A stretch of DNA of 64,000 nucleotides from the human T2T-CHM13v2.0 reference genome, Homo sapiens (GCF_009914755.1 NC_060948.1); one strand, 5' to 3'. Shown: positions 1-14,174, numbered from the stretch's first letter. Notes: generated by a model not told the origin, from the sequence alone. Made by a program: numbers and translations.

Positions 1-3000
1 TAGTTTGCTGAGAATGATGGTTTCCAGCTTCATGATGTCCCTGCAAGGGACATGAAGGACATGAACTCATTCTTTTTTCATGGCTGTATAGTATTCCATG
101 GTATATATGTTCCACATTTTCTTAATCCAGTCTATCATTGATGGACATTTGGGTTGGTTCAAGTCTTTGCTATTGTGAACAGTGCCACAATAAACATATG
201 TGTGCATGTCTGTTTATAGTAGAATGATTTATAATCCTTTGGGTATGTACCCAGTAATGGGATTGCTGGGTGAAATGGTATTTCCAGTTCTAGATCCTTA
301 AGGAATTGCCACACTGTCTTCCACAATAGTTGAACTAATTTACACTCCCACCAGCAGTGTAAAAGTATTCCTGTTTCTTCACATTCTCTACAGCATCTGT
401 TGTTTCCTTGCTTTTTAATGATCACCATTCTAACTGGCATGAGATGGTATCTTATTGTGGTTTTGATTTGCATTTCTATAATGACCAGTAATGATGAGCT
501 TTTTTTTCAATGTTTGTTGGCCACATAAATGTCTTCTTTGAGAAGTGTCTGTTCATATCCTTTGCCCACTTTTTGATGCGGTTGTTTGATTTTAATCCTG
601 TAAACTTGTTTAAATTATCTGTAGATTCTGAATATTAGAACTTTGTCAGATGGATAGATTGCAAAAATTATTTCCCATTTTGTAGGTTGCCTTACAACTC
701 TGATGGGAGTTTCTTTTGCTGTGCAGAAGCCTTTTAGTTTAATTACATCCCAACTGTCAATTTTGCATTTTCGTGCCAGTGCTTTTGGTGTTTTAGTCAT
801 GAGGTCTTTGCCCATGCCTATGTCCTGAATGGTACTGCCTAGGTTTTTTTCTAAAGTTTCATGGGTTAAGGTCTTACATTTAAGTCTTTAATCCATCTTG
901 AGTTAATTTTTGTATAAGGTGTAAGAAAGGGGTGCAGTTTCGGTTTTCTGCATAGAGCTAGCCGATTTTCCTAACACCATTTATTAAATAGGGAATCCTT
1001 TCCCCATTGTTGTTTTCATCAGGTTTGTCAAAGATCAGATGATTGTAGATGTGTGGTGTTATTTCTGAGGCATCTGTTCTGTTCCATTGGCCTATATATC
1101 TATTTTGGTACCAGTACCATGCTGTTTTGGTTAATGTAGACTAGTATTGTGATTTAAAGTCAGGTAGCATGATCCCCGCAGCTTTGTTCTTTTTGCTTAG
1201 GATTGCCTTGTCTATACCAGCTCTTTTTTGGTTCCCTGTGAAATTTAAAGTAGTTTTCTTTCTAAATCTGTGAAGAAAGTCAACAGTAGCCTGATGGGTA
1301 TAGCATTGAATCCACAAATTACTTTGGGCAGCATGGCCATTTTCATGACATTGATACTTCCTATCCATGAGCATGGAATGTTTTTCCATTATGTGGTCTT
1401 CTTTTATTTCATTGAGCAGTGGTTTGTAGTTCTCCTTGAAGAGGTCCTTCACATCTCTTGCAGGTTGTTCTCCTAGGTATTTTATTCTCTTTGTTGCAAC
1501 TGTGAATAGGCATTCACTCATGATTTGGCTCTCTCTTTGTCTATTACTGGTGTATAGGAATGATTGTGATTTTTGCACATTGATTTTGTATCCTGAGGCT
1601 TGGCTGAAGTTGCTTATCAGCTTAAGATTTGTTGGTGAGACAATGGGGTTTTCTAAATATACAATCATGTCATTGGCAAACAAAGACAATTTGACTTTCT
1701 CTGTCTGTATTTGACTACATTTCATTTCTTTCTCTTGCCTGATTGCCCTGGCCAGAACTTCCAATACTGTGTGGAATAGGAGTGGTGAGAGTGGGCATCC
1801 TTATCTTGTGCTAGTTTTCAAAGGGAATGCTTCCAGTTTTTGCCCATTCAGTATTGCATTGGCTGTGGGTTTGTTATAAATAGCGCTTATTATTTTGAGA
1901 TGTATTCCATCAATGCCTAGTTTATTGAGATGTTTTAGCATGCATAGGTGTTGAATTTTATCGAAGGCCTTTTCTACATCTATTGAGATAATCATGTGGT
2001 TTTTGTCATTTATTCTGTTTATGTGATGGATTATGTTTATTGATTTGCATAGGTTGAACCAGCCTTGCATCTCAGGGATGAAGCCAACTTGATCCTGGTG
2101 GATAAGCTTTTTAACATGCTTCTGGATTTGGTTTGCCAGGATTTTATTGAGGATTTTCCCATCGGTGTTCATCAGGCAAATCGGGCTGAAATTTTATTTT
2201 TTTGTTGTGTCTCTGCCAGGTTTTCATATCAGGATAATGTTGGACTTATAAAATGAGTTAGGGAGGAGTCCCTCTTTTTCTATTCCTTGGAGTAGTTTCA
2301 GAAGAAATGGTACCAACTCTTCTTTGTAACTCTGGTAGGACTTGGCTTTGAATTTGTCCAGTCCTGGACTTTTTTGGTTGGTAGTGTATTAGTTACTGCC
2401 TCAATTTTAGAACTTGTTACTGGTATATTCAGGCATTCAACTTCTTCCTGGTTTAGTCTTCAGAGGGTGTATGTGTCCAGGAATTTATCCGTTTCTTCTA
2501 GATTTTGAAGTTTATTTGCATAGAAGTGTTTGTAGTATTCTCTGCTGGTAGTTTTTATTTCTGTGGTAATATTGGTGATATCCCCTTTATCATTTTTATT
2601 GCATTTATTTGATTCTTCTCTCTTTTCTTCTTTATTAGTCTGGCTAGTGATATATCTATTTTGTTGACCTTTTCAAAAATCTAGCTCCTGGATTCACTGA
2701 TTTTCTTGAAAGGTTTTTCATTTCTCTGTCTCCTTCAGTTCTGCTCTGATCTTAGTTATTTCTTATCTTCTGCTAGCTTTTGGGTTTGTTTGCTGTTGCT
2801 TCTGTAGTTCTTTTAATTATGATGCTAGTGTGTCGATTTTGGATCATTCTTGCTTTCTCTTGCAGGCACCTAGTGCTATAAATTACCCCCTACACACTGC
2901 TTTCAATGTGTCCCAGAGATTCTGGTTAGGTTGTGTCTTTGTTCTCATTCGTTTCAAATAACTTCTTTATTTCTGCCTTAATGTCATTATTTACTCAGTA

Positions 3001-6000
3001 GTCACACAGTAGCAGGCTGTTCAGTTTCCTGTAGTTGTGCAGTTTTGAGTGAGTTTCTTCATCCTCGGTTCTAATTTGATTGCTCTGTGGTCTGATAGAC
3101 TGTTGGTTATGATTTCCGATCTTTTGCATTTGCTGAAGAGTGTTTTACTTCCAGTTATGTGTTGAATTTTAGAATCAGTTTGATGTGGTGCTGAGAATAA
3201 TGTATATTCTGTTGATTTGGTGTGGGGAGTTCTGTAGATATCTATTAGGTCCACTTGGTCCAGAGCTCAAGTCGTGGATATCTTTGTTAACTTTCTGTCT
3301 CGTTGATCTAATATTGACAGTGGGGTGTAAAAGTCTCCCACCATTAGTGCGTGGAGTCTAAATGTCTTTGTAGGTCTCTAAGAACTTGCTTTATGAGTCT
3401 GGGTGCTCCTGTATTTAGTGTTTATATATTTAGGATAGTTAGCTCTTCTTGTTGCATTGATCCCTTTACAATTAAGTAATGACCTTCTTTGTCTCTTGCT
3501 CTTTGTTGGTTTAAAGTCTGTTTTATCAGAGACTAAAATTGCACCCCCTGCTTTTTTTCTGCTTTCCACTTCCTTGGTAAATCTTCCTCCATCCCTTTAT
3601 TTTGAGCCTGTGTGTGTCTTTGTACGTGAGATGTGTCTCCTGAATACAGCCCACCAATGGGTCTTGAATCTTTATCTATTTACCAGTCTGTGTCTTTTAA
3701 TTAGGGCATTTAGCCCATTTACATTTAAGGTTAATATTGTTATATGTGAATTTGATCCTGTCATTATGATGCTAGCTTGTTGTTTTGCCCATTAGTTGAT
3801 GCAGTTTCTTCACAGTGTTGACAGACTCTACAATGTGGTATGCTTTTGTAGTGGCTGATACTGGTTTGTCTTTTACATGTTTAGTGCTTCATTCAGGAGA
3901 TCTTATAAGGCAGGCCTGGGGGTGACAAAAATCTCTCAGCATTTGCTTGTCTGTAAAGAATTTCATTTCTCCTTCACTTATGAAGCGTAGTTTGGCTGGG
4001 TATGAAATTCTGGGTTGAAAATTCTTTTCTTTAAATGTTGAATATTGGCCCCTACTCTCTTCTGGCTTGTAAGGTTTCTGCAGAGAGAACCACTGTTAGT
4101 CTGATGGACTCTTTTTTGTGGGTAACCTGACCTTTCTCTCTGGCTGCACTTAAATTTTTTTCCTTCATTTCAAACTTGGTCAATCTGATGATTATATGTT
4201 TTGGGATTGCTCTTCTTAAGGAGTATCTCTGTGGTGTTCTCTGTATTTCCTGAATTTGAATGTTGGCCTGACTTGCTAGGTTGGGGAATTTCTCCCAAAT
4301 AAAATCCTGAAATGTGTTTTCTAAGTTGGTTCCATTCCCCCCTCACTTTCAGGTACCCCAATCAAATGTAGGTTTTGTCTTCTCACATAGTCCCATAGTT
4401 CTTGGAGGCTTTATTCATTTCTTTTTACTCTTTTTTTTTCTCTATTGTTGTCTTTACACTTTATTTTTTGTTTTGTTTTGTTTTTATTATATTATTGTTA
4501 TACTTTAAGTTTTAGGGTACATGTGCACAATGTGCAGGTTAGTTACATATGTATACATGTGCCATGCTGGTGTGCTGCACCCATTAACTCCTCATTTAGC
4601 ATTAGGTATATCTTCTAATGCTATCCCTTCCCCCTCCCCCACCCCACAACAGTCCCCAGAATGTGATATTCCCCTTCCTGTGTCCATGTGTTCTCATTGT
4701 TCAATTCCCACCTATGAGTGAGAATATGCGGTGTTTGGTTTTTTGTCCTTGTGATAGTTTACTGAGAATGATGATTTCCAATTTCATCCATGTCCCTGCA
4801 AAGGACATGAACTCATCATTTTTTATGGCTGCATAGTATTCCATGGTGTATATGTGCCACATTTTCTTAATCCAGTCTATCATTGTTGGACATTTGGGTT
4901 GGTTCTAAGTCTTTGCTATTGTGAATAGTGCCGCAATAAACATACGTGTGCATGTGTCTTTATAGCAGCATGATTTATAATCCTTTGGGTATATACCCAG
5001 TAATGGGATGGCTGGGTCAAATGGTATTTCTAGTTCTAGATCCCTGAGGAATTGCCACATGGACTCCCACTGTGGTTGACCTAGTTTACAGTCCCACCAA
5101 CAGTGTAAAAGGTCTTTATACTTTATTTCATTAAGTTGATCTTCAATCTCTGATATCCTTTCTTCTGCTTGATCAATTCAGCTGTTTTTTGTGTATGCTT
5201 CACGAACTTCTCCACTATGTTTTTGGCTCCATCAGATCATTTATGTTCTTCTCTAAACTGGGTATTCTAGTTAGCAATTTCTATAACCTTTTTTTCTAGG
5301 TTCTTAGCTTCCTCACATTGGGTTAGAACATGTTCCTTAGCACAGAGGAATTTATTACCCACTTTCTGAAGCCTACTTCTGTCAGTTCATCAAACTCATT
5401 CTCTGTCCAGTTTTGTTCCCTCGCTGGTGAGGAGTTGTGATCCTTTGGAGAAGAAGTGGTGCTCTGGTTTTTGGAATTTTCATCCTTTTTGTGCTGGCTT
5501 TTCTCATCTTCCTGGATTTATCTACCTTTGGTCTTTGATTTTGGTGGCTCCTTTGGATTGGGTTTTTGAGTGGATGTCCTTTTTGTTGATGTTGATGCTA
5601 TTGTTGTCTGTTTGTTAGTTTTCCTTCTAACAGACAGTCCCCACTGCTGCAGGTCTGCTGGAGTTTGCTGGAGGTCCATTCCAGACCATGTTTGCCTGGG
5701 TATCACCAGCGGAGGCTGCAGAACAGCAAAAATCGCTGCCTGCTCCTTCCTCTGAATGCTTCATCTCAGAGGGGCACCTGCCAATGCCAGCTGGAGATCT
5801 TCTGTATGAGGTGTCTGTTGACCCTTGCTGGGAGGTGTGTCCCCATCAGGAGGCACTGGGGTGAGGCACCCACTTGAGGAGGCAGTCTGTCCCCTAGTAG
5901 AGCTCAAACACTGCTGGGACATCTGCTGCTCTCTTCAGAGCTGGCAGGCAGGGACATTTAAGTTGGCTGAAGGTGCATCCACAGCCATCCCTTCTCCCAG

Positions 6001-6849
6001 GTGCTCAGTCCCAGCGAGTTGGGGGTTTTATCTATAAGCCCCTGCCTGGGGCTGCTGCCTTTCTTTCAGAAATGCCCTGCTCAGAGAGGAGGAATCTAGA
6101 GAGGCAGTCTGACTGCCGTGGCTTTGCTGAGCTGCGGTGGGTTCCACCCAGTTTGAACTTCCCAGTGGCTTTGTTTACATTGTGAGGGTAAAACTGCCTA
6201 CTCAAGCCTCACAGATGGCCAACGCCCCTCCCCCCACCAAGCGCAAGTGTTCAAGGTCAACTTGAGACTGCTGTGTTAGTAATGAGAATTTTAAGCCAGT
6301 GGATCTTAGTTTGCTGGGCTCCATGGGGATGGGATCTACTGAGCTAGAGCACTTGGCTCCCTGATTTCAGCCCCTTTTCCAGGGGAGTGAGTGGTTCTGT
6401 CTTGCTGGCATTTCAAGTGCCACTGAGGTTATGAAAAATAACTCCTGCTGCTAGCACAGTGTCTGCCCAAATGGATGCCCAATTTTGTGCTTTAAATCAA
6501 GGGCCCCAGTGGCATAGGCACTCAAGGGAATCTTCTGGTCTGTGGGTTACTAAGACTGTGGGAAAAGCATAGCATCTCAGCTGGAGTGCACTATTCCTCA
6601 CAGCACAGTCTCTCACAGCTTCCCTTGACTAGGGTAGGGAGTTCCTCAACCCCTTGCATTTCCTGGGTGACGCGATGCCCCACCCTGCTTCTGCTCACCC
6701 TTTGTGGGCTGCACTCACTGTGTAACTAGTCCCAGTGAGACGAGCTGGGTATATCAGTTGGAAATGCAGAAATCATTTGCCTTCTGTATTGATCTCGCTG
6801 GGAGCTGCAGACTGGATCTCTTTATATTTGGCCATCTTGACACCACCCC
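1..6849 (-). mobile_element. Near full-length LINE-1 (L1PA7/8-like), decayed; 3' UTR runs off window start
   Basis: Minus-strand ORF fragments match L1 ORF2p: endonuclease (MDLIDIYRT), RT region ([24 protein letters not shown]; [13 protein letters not shown]), C-terminal ([10 protein letters not shown]). L1 5' end at ~6849 (rc CAAGATGGCC...CTGCAGCTCCCAGCGAGATC). Many stops and frameshifts. Confidence 0.95.
4467..5111 (-). mobile_element. 5'-truncated younger L1PA 3' end nested in ORF1 of the older L1
   Basis: T-rich tail, then TACTTTAAGTTTTAGGGTACATGTGCAC L1 3' UTR and the ORF2 end (WIKKMWHIYTMEYYAAIKNDEF). TSD gtctttacactttattt 4450-4466 / gtctttatactttattt 5112-5128. Confidence 0.93.
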
Positions 6850-7744
6850 ATTTTGCACAATTGCTTTATTTTTTTTAGAACAAAATGATACATAAATAAC
6901 CTAGAAAATATTCTCAGTAAAAACTTGATTCTTTAATGTCAGCTTTGTTGGAAAATTTCTCTTACTAAGATGGGAATTATATTTAACAAAACTAATAACC
7001 CTTTGATCCTATTTGTTTTTGACTAGTTTCCTATTACTACTATTACTGCACCTAATTAATCTGGTGACAGCTATGGCATACTAAATTCCCTAAGGCAATT
7101 AACTAAGAGATTCAGAAATCTCTTCAGTGATTGCTGATTTAATGGAATGCCCTTGAACTCTGGAGGGATGCTGCCCCTGTGAGTTCACACCCACACTGTG
7201 GCCAAGAGGAAGCAGCAGGGCCTGACTTAAGAATTCCAAGATCGTCCATGAGCCTCCTGGCCACTGCCTCCTGTATTCCTGACTCAAACACCAAGTACAA
7301 AACCAGGGCTGCTTTTCTGGCAGGAGCTTGCGAAAATCTTCCTTAATATTACAATATGCACATCACAAGAGGAAAATCCACAAGGTCTCACTGTCTCTAA
7401 GAAAGAAGATGAGAGGAAACATTTCATTTCTGCAAGAGAAATACATCTGTAAGTAAACACAGATAACATTAACGATAATGTTTAAAACTTTCTAAGAGCT
7501 AAATGACTTTTAAAAATGCAATTGCTCATTTTTCTATGACAAGTCTAAACAAACATTGTCAGTGAGAACACCAAGATGTTAAAACAGTTCATTCCATGGT
7601 CCTTTTTTTTGCAGGGTACCTTGTGAGAGACATTCCTGTTCATGAGGGCCCTTGCTTTGTGGGTTTCACCATAACTGGTCCCATGCAAAGGCAGCATGTG
7701 TTTTCCACATACACTTTGCTTCTACATACATTTTAAAACATGGC

Positions 7745-7871
7745 TAATGTTTTGTGAATACAGGGTCTGGCTGTGTTGCCCTAGCTGGTCTCAAACTCCA
7801 GGGTCTTAGCATCCTTCTGCCCTCAGGATCACAAACTGCTGGGGTTACAGGTGTGAGCTCCCACACCTGGC
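7745..7871 (-). mobile_element. Old Alu (J-type) left arm plus linker
   Basis: cagggtct..tgttgccc..ggtctcaaactcc...ggggttacaggtgtgagc..cacacctggc, antisense Alu left monomer. Confidence 0.8.
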
Positions 7872-8042
7872 TGTGCATGGTGGTGTGTGCCTGTGGTCCC
7901 AGCTACTCAGGAGACAGAGGCAAAAGGATTGCTGAACCCCAGGAGTTGGAGGCTGCAGTGATCTATGATTGTGCCACTACTGCCTATGGCCTGGGCAACA
8001 AAGTGGGACCCTATCTGAAAAACAAAATGAAAACCAAAAAAA
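7869..8042 (+). mobile_element. Old Alu (J-type) right arm
   Basis: gtggtgtgtgcctgtggtcccagctactcagga...ggaggctgcagtga...ctgggcaacaaagtg followed by an A-rich tail. Confidence 0.8.
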
Positions 8043-8489
8043 CCCCACATAGATCACCATGTTTCCATTAACACAGTGCATTGCAAAACAAGGACTGCCT
8101 GTACTTGAAATTTAGTTTAATTGCCTTAGTTATAGGAACAGCTCATGTTACAAAGGCAAATATTTTACCTCGTCTTTATCAGTTCATAAGTACAGCGCTG
8201 AATGCAAGTGCCAACATACTGTGATCAACTCTGGGACCTCCTGTATGGAATGCACCACCTTCATTTTTCTAGGAACCATAATTCAGGTTAAACAACAACA
8301 AAAAAAATGGTGTTTCTGAGAGGAAGGCTTTACAGCCTTCTGAGAGGAAGCTATGGGATAAGTCTTTCATGAGGAGAAATTCGTAGGAAAAACGAACATG
8401 TTACAGTGGAATTTGTAACAGGATGCCAAGCATGGAGACATACACATGTCCAGACATAAAAAGCAGATACATGTTCCCACTGGGAACTG

Positions 8490-8535
8490 TTCCAGCTGCA
8501 CCTGGAGGCTCATTCCAGCTGCACCTGGAGGCTCA
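8490..8535. repeat. Perfect 23-bp direct tandem duplication
   Basis: ttccagctgcacctggaggctca at 8490-8512 and 8513-8535. Confidence 0.9.
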
Positions 8536-8895
8536 GACTTGACTCTCTGATTTACTAGCTAAGAGGTCTCAGGCACATCCCACATCAAGCAATTGCAGTC
8601 AAGTTGAATTCAATAATGAGACTTAAATCAAGAATGAAATTTAAATCAGCCCAGGTATATGTGTTGCTAAGAATGTCCCACTCTCTTTCAATGACTGTTT
8701 ATAGCTGTGGTATCATAAAAACTACACACTCAATTTTTGTCCTTAGTTCATGACACAGAGCTCCTAAACCACTTGGAATTTCCAAATGATTAATGAGCCA
8801 TTTTCAACCAAATGAGGTGCCTCTTGTGGGCCCAGGATAGCTTAACGACAGGGTCTAGAGGTCAGAAAGACCAAACATGTGATTAAAATATTGGA

Positions 8896-9196
8896 GCCAG
8901 GTGCAGTGGCTCACACTTGTAATCTCAGCACTTTGGGAGGCCAACGGGGTTGGATCACCTGAGGGCAGTTTCAGACCAGCCTGGTCAATATGACAAGACC
9001 ATCTTTACTAAAAATACAAAAATTATGCGGGCGTGGTGGTGGGTGTCTGTAATCCCAGTTACTCAGGAGGCTGGGGGCAGAAGAATCACTTGAACCCAGG
9101 AGGCGGAAGTTGCCGTGAGCCAAGATTGCAGGACTGCACTCCAGCCTGGGTGACAGAACAAGACTCCAACTCAAAATAAACAAACAAACAAACAAA
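8896..9196 (+). mobile_element. Alu (S-type)
   Basis: Full dimer with (CAAA)n tail; degraded TSD aaaatattgga / aaaattgga. Confidence 0.9.
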
Positions 9197-9569
9197 ATTG
9201 GAACTTTCAGCCCTCTCCCCATCTCCAGGAAGGGAGTGGTGGCATGGACTGACTTCAAAGAGCCATGGTTAGTGAAGGCATCACTAACGCCTATGTAAAA
9301 ACTTCCATAAAAACCCATACATTAGGAGGCTGGGGAGCTTTGAGTTTGGTGAGCACACGGAGGTGCTGGGAGGGTCAGGTACCCAGAGAGGGCAGGGGAG
9401 CACTGTACCCACATGCTGTGGGTACAGCCCATGCTTTGCTTCCATTTGGCTGTCTCTGAGTTGTATCCTTCATAACAAACCAGCAAGTGTATCAAAGTGT
9501 TTTCCTGAGCTCTATCAGTCACATTAGGGGATTATCAGATCGGAAAAGAGGGTTGCAGGAACCCCTGAA

Positions 9570-9868
<299 letters not shown>

Positions 9869-11187
9869 AAGAGCCCCCAATTTGTAGCCAGTCAATCAGA
9901 AGTACAGGTAGGAGGCCCCTGGAATGTGTGATGGGCATCTTCATTGGGTGTCTTGGGGGACTGAGGAGTTAACCTGTGTGGTCTGGGCTGAACCTAGGTG
10001 TCAGTGTCAGAATTGAAGTGAATTGTTGGATACCAAATTGGCTTCAGAGAATGAGAGGTCTGCATACTGAGGCACATGTTCTGGCTGCCTCTATAGGTTT
10101 GAGGTACTAAGTTGGACGCTAGGCAAAAAAAAAAAAAAAAAAAAAAAAAGTCAAAACTCCAGGTCTTCCAAGACTACTCCAGTAGCTCAGTTTTATTGGG
10201 AAGGAGGTTTCTGAGTAATTTCCCTGAGCTTGTGATTGGTGTCAGTGGTTAGCAGTGAGAGGTGCGGTATTAAAAAGACCATTCACCAAAATGTTCCTCC
10301 ACACAAATCACTGAAGTCCTTACACGCAGGCACCCAAGGGAAAGAGGCATTTGCAGGGACTCCCTGATGGACACCCTCCCCAGCTGCTTACACTAATATC
10401 AACAGAAAAGCTCCTCTTTCAAGGGTGCCCTGCTGTGATTCTAGAATGTATATCTGCAAATCGTTCAGGCCAAGGACTCCATGTCAGCAGTAATAGAGCT
10501 GTCAGAGGAATCTGGAGCCAGGCCCGGCCGGCCACCATGAGCGGTTAGCTCTCTAAACCCTCTGCCCAAGTCACCTGTGGAGGAGACTCATATAACAAGA
10601 GGGAACCAAGGGCTGAGGTGCAGGACAGGAGGTGTTATGGAATACAAGCCCACCAGCTGCCCTTTCCAATGGAGAAATAGATGGAAGCGCAAAAAACCCA
10701 GCTGGCCATAAAAACTCAATGTCACTACACAAGAAAAATTCTTCAGCAACCGATGAGAACTCTATAAGCAGTTGGGGAGGGGAAGTGAGTTTTAGTGATT
10801 TACATCTGAACTGCAGTGAATACTCACCTTAAAGCCTGCATCTAGACAATAAGACTGTTTTAAGCCCCACATCATTAAAACCACTGCTTCCCTGGAAAAT
10901 GTCTGAATAGGCCTTTTCCTGTCACTGTAATCTTACCAGCCTGTCCCTGAGACCCAGTGGATTCTGGCTGAGTCTCCCTGGCCTAGAGACTTAGGTGTGG
11001 CCACGATTCCTCACAAAATCTTCCAACCAGACCATCTCCCTGCCCACATACCCAAATTCTAAGGAGCACTGCAAAGTGGCCTTCAATAGCACAAATTACA
11101 GCTTTTCACATTTGGTAAACACTACGTGGATATTATGTGGGGTAACATGGTTGTGGAACACGGCCCATGTCACTGGCACCCTCTTAC

Positions 11188-11410
11188 CTTCTCCACGGCA
11201 GGAGTGGGAGAGAACCTCTTGGCGCAAGCTAGGAAGATGTCGGGGTCTGGCTTGCCACGCTGCACTTTGGGGTCATCTCCCAGCACAGTCTGGGAAAACA
11301 AGCTGAAGATCTCCTTGTGGCGGCTTGTCTTCATCTCAAACGATGCAGACTTCAACCTGGTGGCCAGCGCAAAGGGGATGCCTTTTTTCTGACAACCAGT
11401 TTCTCAGCTC
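11188..11410 (-). pseudogene. PUDPP1: PUDP-like exon 3 (223 nt)
   Basis: Translates to GIPFALATRLKSASFEMKTSRHKEIFSLFSQTVLGDDPKVQRGKPDPDIFLACAKRFSPTPAVEK (HAD motifs II/III, GKPxPDIF). Acceptor ccctccatctccccAG, donor AAG|GTAAGA. Frameshifting deletion (~7 nt) near 11385. Confidence 0.9.
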
Positions 11411-12429
11411 CTGGGGAGATGGAGGGAAGGAGTGCAGTGAGGGGTGAGGCCTCCACTACAAGGCCTTCTTCCAGGGACGGTCCTTCCAGCTGAGTGGCAG
11501 CACACTCTCAGGCTGCTTCTTTTGAGGAATTTCTGACTTAGGATAGACTGTCTGAAAGGGGGTTCTCGGCTCCAAAATATCCCTGCTCAAAATAAACCAA
11601 AAACTCAAAAAAGCTATTGGCGGTTGAGCAGTGCATTTCCCAAAGGAACAGAAAAGAAGTGCACTGGGAGGCACTGCTGCTTTGTCTGCTGGGCCTCTTT
11701 ATTAAATGTGGAGAAGGGCAGGTAGCAGGTCCAGGAAATGACTAGACCTGGGATCTGGCCAGGGCACAGGGAAGGCCACAGAGCAGGGACTCGCTGAACC
11801 ATACTTTTATTCCACAGCAGCAAATACACAATGACTGTGCTTTTTGTGTTTTCTGCAAAACTGCCGTATTCTGCAGAAAACATTTCAATCATTCTTCACC
11901 CTGCTGAGAAGAGGAAATCACACAACGTCCTCCACCAGACACTGGAAAAGGCTGAGGCTGAGGGACTGCTGCAGCATTACTTAACAAGGGATTGGGACAA
12001 AAGAAAGCTGCTGAACACAGCTGATCAACAGCAACATGCCATATGAAAAGAGCATCCTCACACTGTCATTAGCCATATGGATTAATTCCAGGGACCACAC
12101 GCATTCATGGAGGTCATCATAGAGCCAATTATGAGAGGACTAGTTATCAGAAAGAATAAAAAATACCAGGATCCTTCCCAACTTTAACTTATGCTGACTA
12201 GCACATCAGGAACATCTAAATCCATACAAGGTATGATGGTTTCTCTAAAATTTTATTTTAAATTGTCATATAATCACGTCTATTTTAATAATATCACAAC
12301 CTAACGTCCCTACTTTGTCAATTGTTACACAAAAGAATCAACATAGTCATTTTTTCCAAACATCTAAAGCCATTCAAGGTAAGGCAACACACAGATATCT
12401 GGAGCACATAACAGATAAGCCTTTAGAAC

Positions 12430-13740
12430 AATGAATGACTATCATCAGAGATAAATAGGGACATTTCATAATCATAAATATGTCAGTTCATTAATAAGAC
12501 ATAATCCTAAATAACACCAAATAGCAGAGCTTCACAATGTATACAGCAAAAACTAATAGAACTGAATGGAGAAACACAAATGTAGAAATAAGTTTAAAAC
12601 TCCTCTATGAAAAATTTATATAAAAATTAGAAAAGAAGTAAGAATATAGAAGACTTCAGAACCACTGTCAAGCAACCTGACCTAATAGATGTTCACACAA
12701 TAATTCTCCCAACAACAGCAAAATCCACATTATTTTTAAGTGCACACAGAACACCCAATAGGAAAGATCCTATTATAAACAATAAAACAATTCTCAAAAA
12801 TTATAAAATACTTAAAATCATATAGAATAACTTCTCTAATGATGATAGAATTAAAATAGACATTAATAATTATAGAAAGGAATTTGGAGAGCCACAAATA
12901 TTTGGATGTTAAACTTCTACGTAAGGCATGGGTCAAAAATGAAATCACAAAGGGAAACTAGTAGTATTTTGTAGAGAACCAAAAACTATCAAAATTTCTG
13001 AGATGTAGCTAAAACACAGTTTAGAGGAAAACTGATGGCATTGAGTGATATGTTAAATAATAAGGTCTCAAATAAGTGATCTAAGTTGACACATTAAACA
13101 CCTTAAAGAAAATTCAATGATGTAAGCTTTTACCCCAAGAAAGTGAAGTAAAATTGCAAAATAAACCCAAAACAAATAAAAGGAAGGAAATAATAAAAAT
13201 AAGAGAGAAAATGAACGAAATGAAAAGTAGAATACAGAAAACCAACTAAATCAAAAGTGGGTTCTTTGAAAAGAGAAATTAGATTAGTAGATTTCTAGCT
13301 AAGCTGATCAAAAAAAATAAAGAAGATCCAAATGTACCAATATTAGCAGGGAAAGAGGGGACATCACTACAGATCCCAACATCAATAAAATGATAAAAAC
13401 TTAATTTTTACAGGATTAATGGCAACACATTTGACCATTTAGATGAAATGAGATAATTCTTTGAAAGATATAACTCCCTCAAGAAGACATGAATAACCTG
13501 AATAGCTTTCTGCCTATGAAAAGAATTGAATTTGTAGTTAAAAACCTCCTTCTCACATCTAGGATCAGACACCCTCACTGGTAAATTTACCGACTTCCCA
13601 AGAAAAAAAAGAATGCCAATTCTAAACACACTTTTCAGAAAATTGGAGGGAACACCTCTCAACTCATTTTACATCAGCACTTCCCTGATCCCAAAACCAG
13701 ACAAAAGCCAGACAAGAAAACGACAGATCTCATGAACACA
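12430..13740 (+). mobile_element. Ancient L1M fragment (ORF2 endonuclease region)
   Basis: A-rich, degenerate L1 motifs (cctgacctaatagatgttcac, gttctttgaaaag, gggacatcactacagatccc). Confidence 0.8.
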
Positions 13741-13960
13741 TATATACACCTCCACACATAAAAACAATATTCAATCAGTGTAGAAGTACTCCACCTGAAG
13801 AGCTTCTACAGAACATGAATTCATTAGTTAAAAATACTAAAATATCGCACTACTTCATTAGTTTGCAACAATCACTGATTAGTATCACAGAAGACTACAT
13901 TTATAAGCTAAACTTCAGTGTTAACCTTAACACAACTGGTAGATGAGATAAAATAAAGGT

Positions 13961-13987
<27 letters not shown>
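13961..13987. repeat. (TA)n microsatellite
   Basis: About 13 TA units. Confidence 0.95.
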
Positions 13988-13990
<3 letters not shown>

Positions 13991-13993
<3 letters not shown>

Positions 13994-14174
13994 GCCAAGC
14001 ATGTGTGGTAGTGCATGCTGTAATCCCAGTTAATTGGGAGGCTTAGGCAAGAGAATCGCTTGAACCCAGAAGTGGAGGTTGCAGTGAGCCAATATTGCAC
14101 CACTACACTCCAGCCTGGGCAGCAGAGCCAGATTCCATCTCAAGAAAACAAACAAAAAAAAGAAACAAAAAAAA
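13991..14174 (+). mobile_element. Alu right arm
   Basis: gctgtaatcccag...gagaatcgcttgaacccag...ctccagcctgggc plus A tail. Confidence 0.85.

Noticed and set aside
159-6895. Numerous 60-207 aa ORFs
   Set aside because: Fragments of decayed L1 ORF1/ORF2 or antisense noise; no intact L1 ORF
10125-10149. Isolated poly-A tract as a retrocopy tail
   Set aside because: No recognisable upstream transcript homology or TSD
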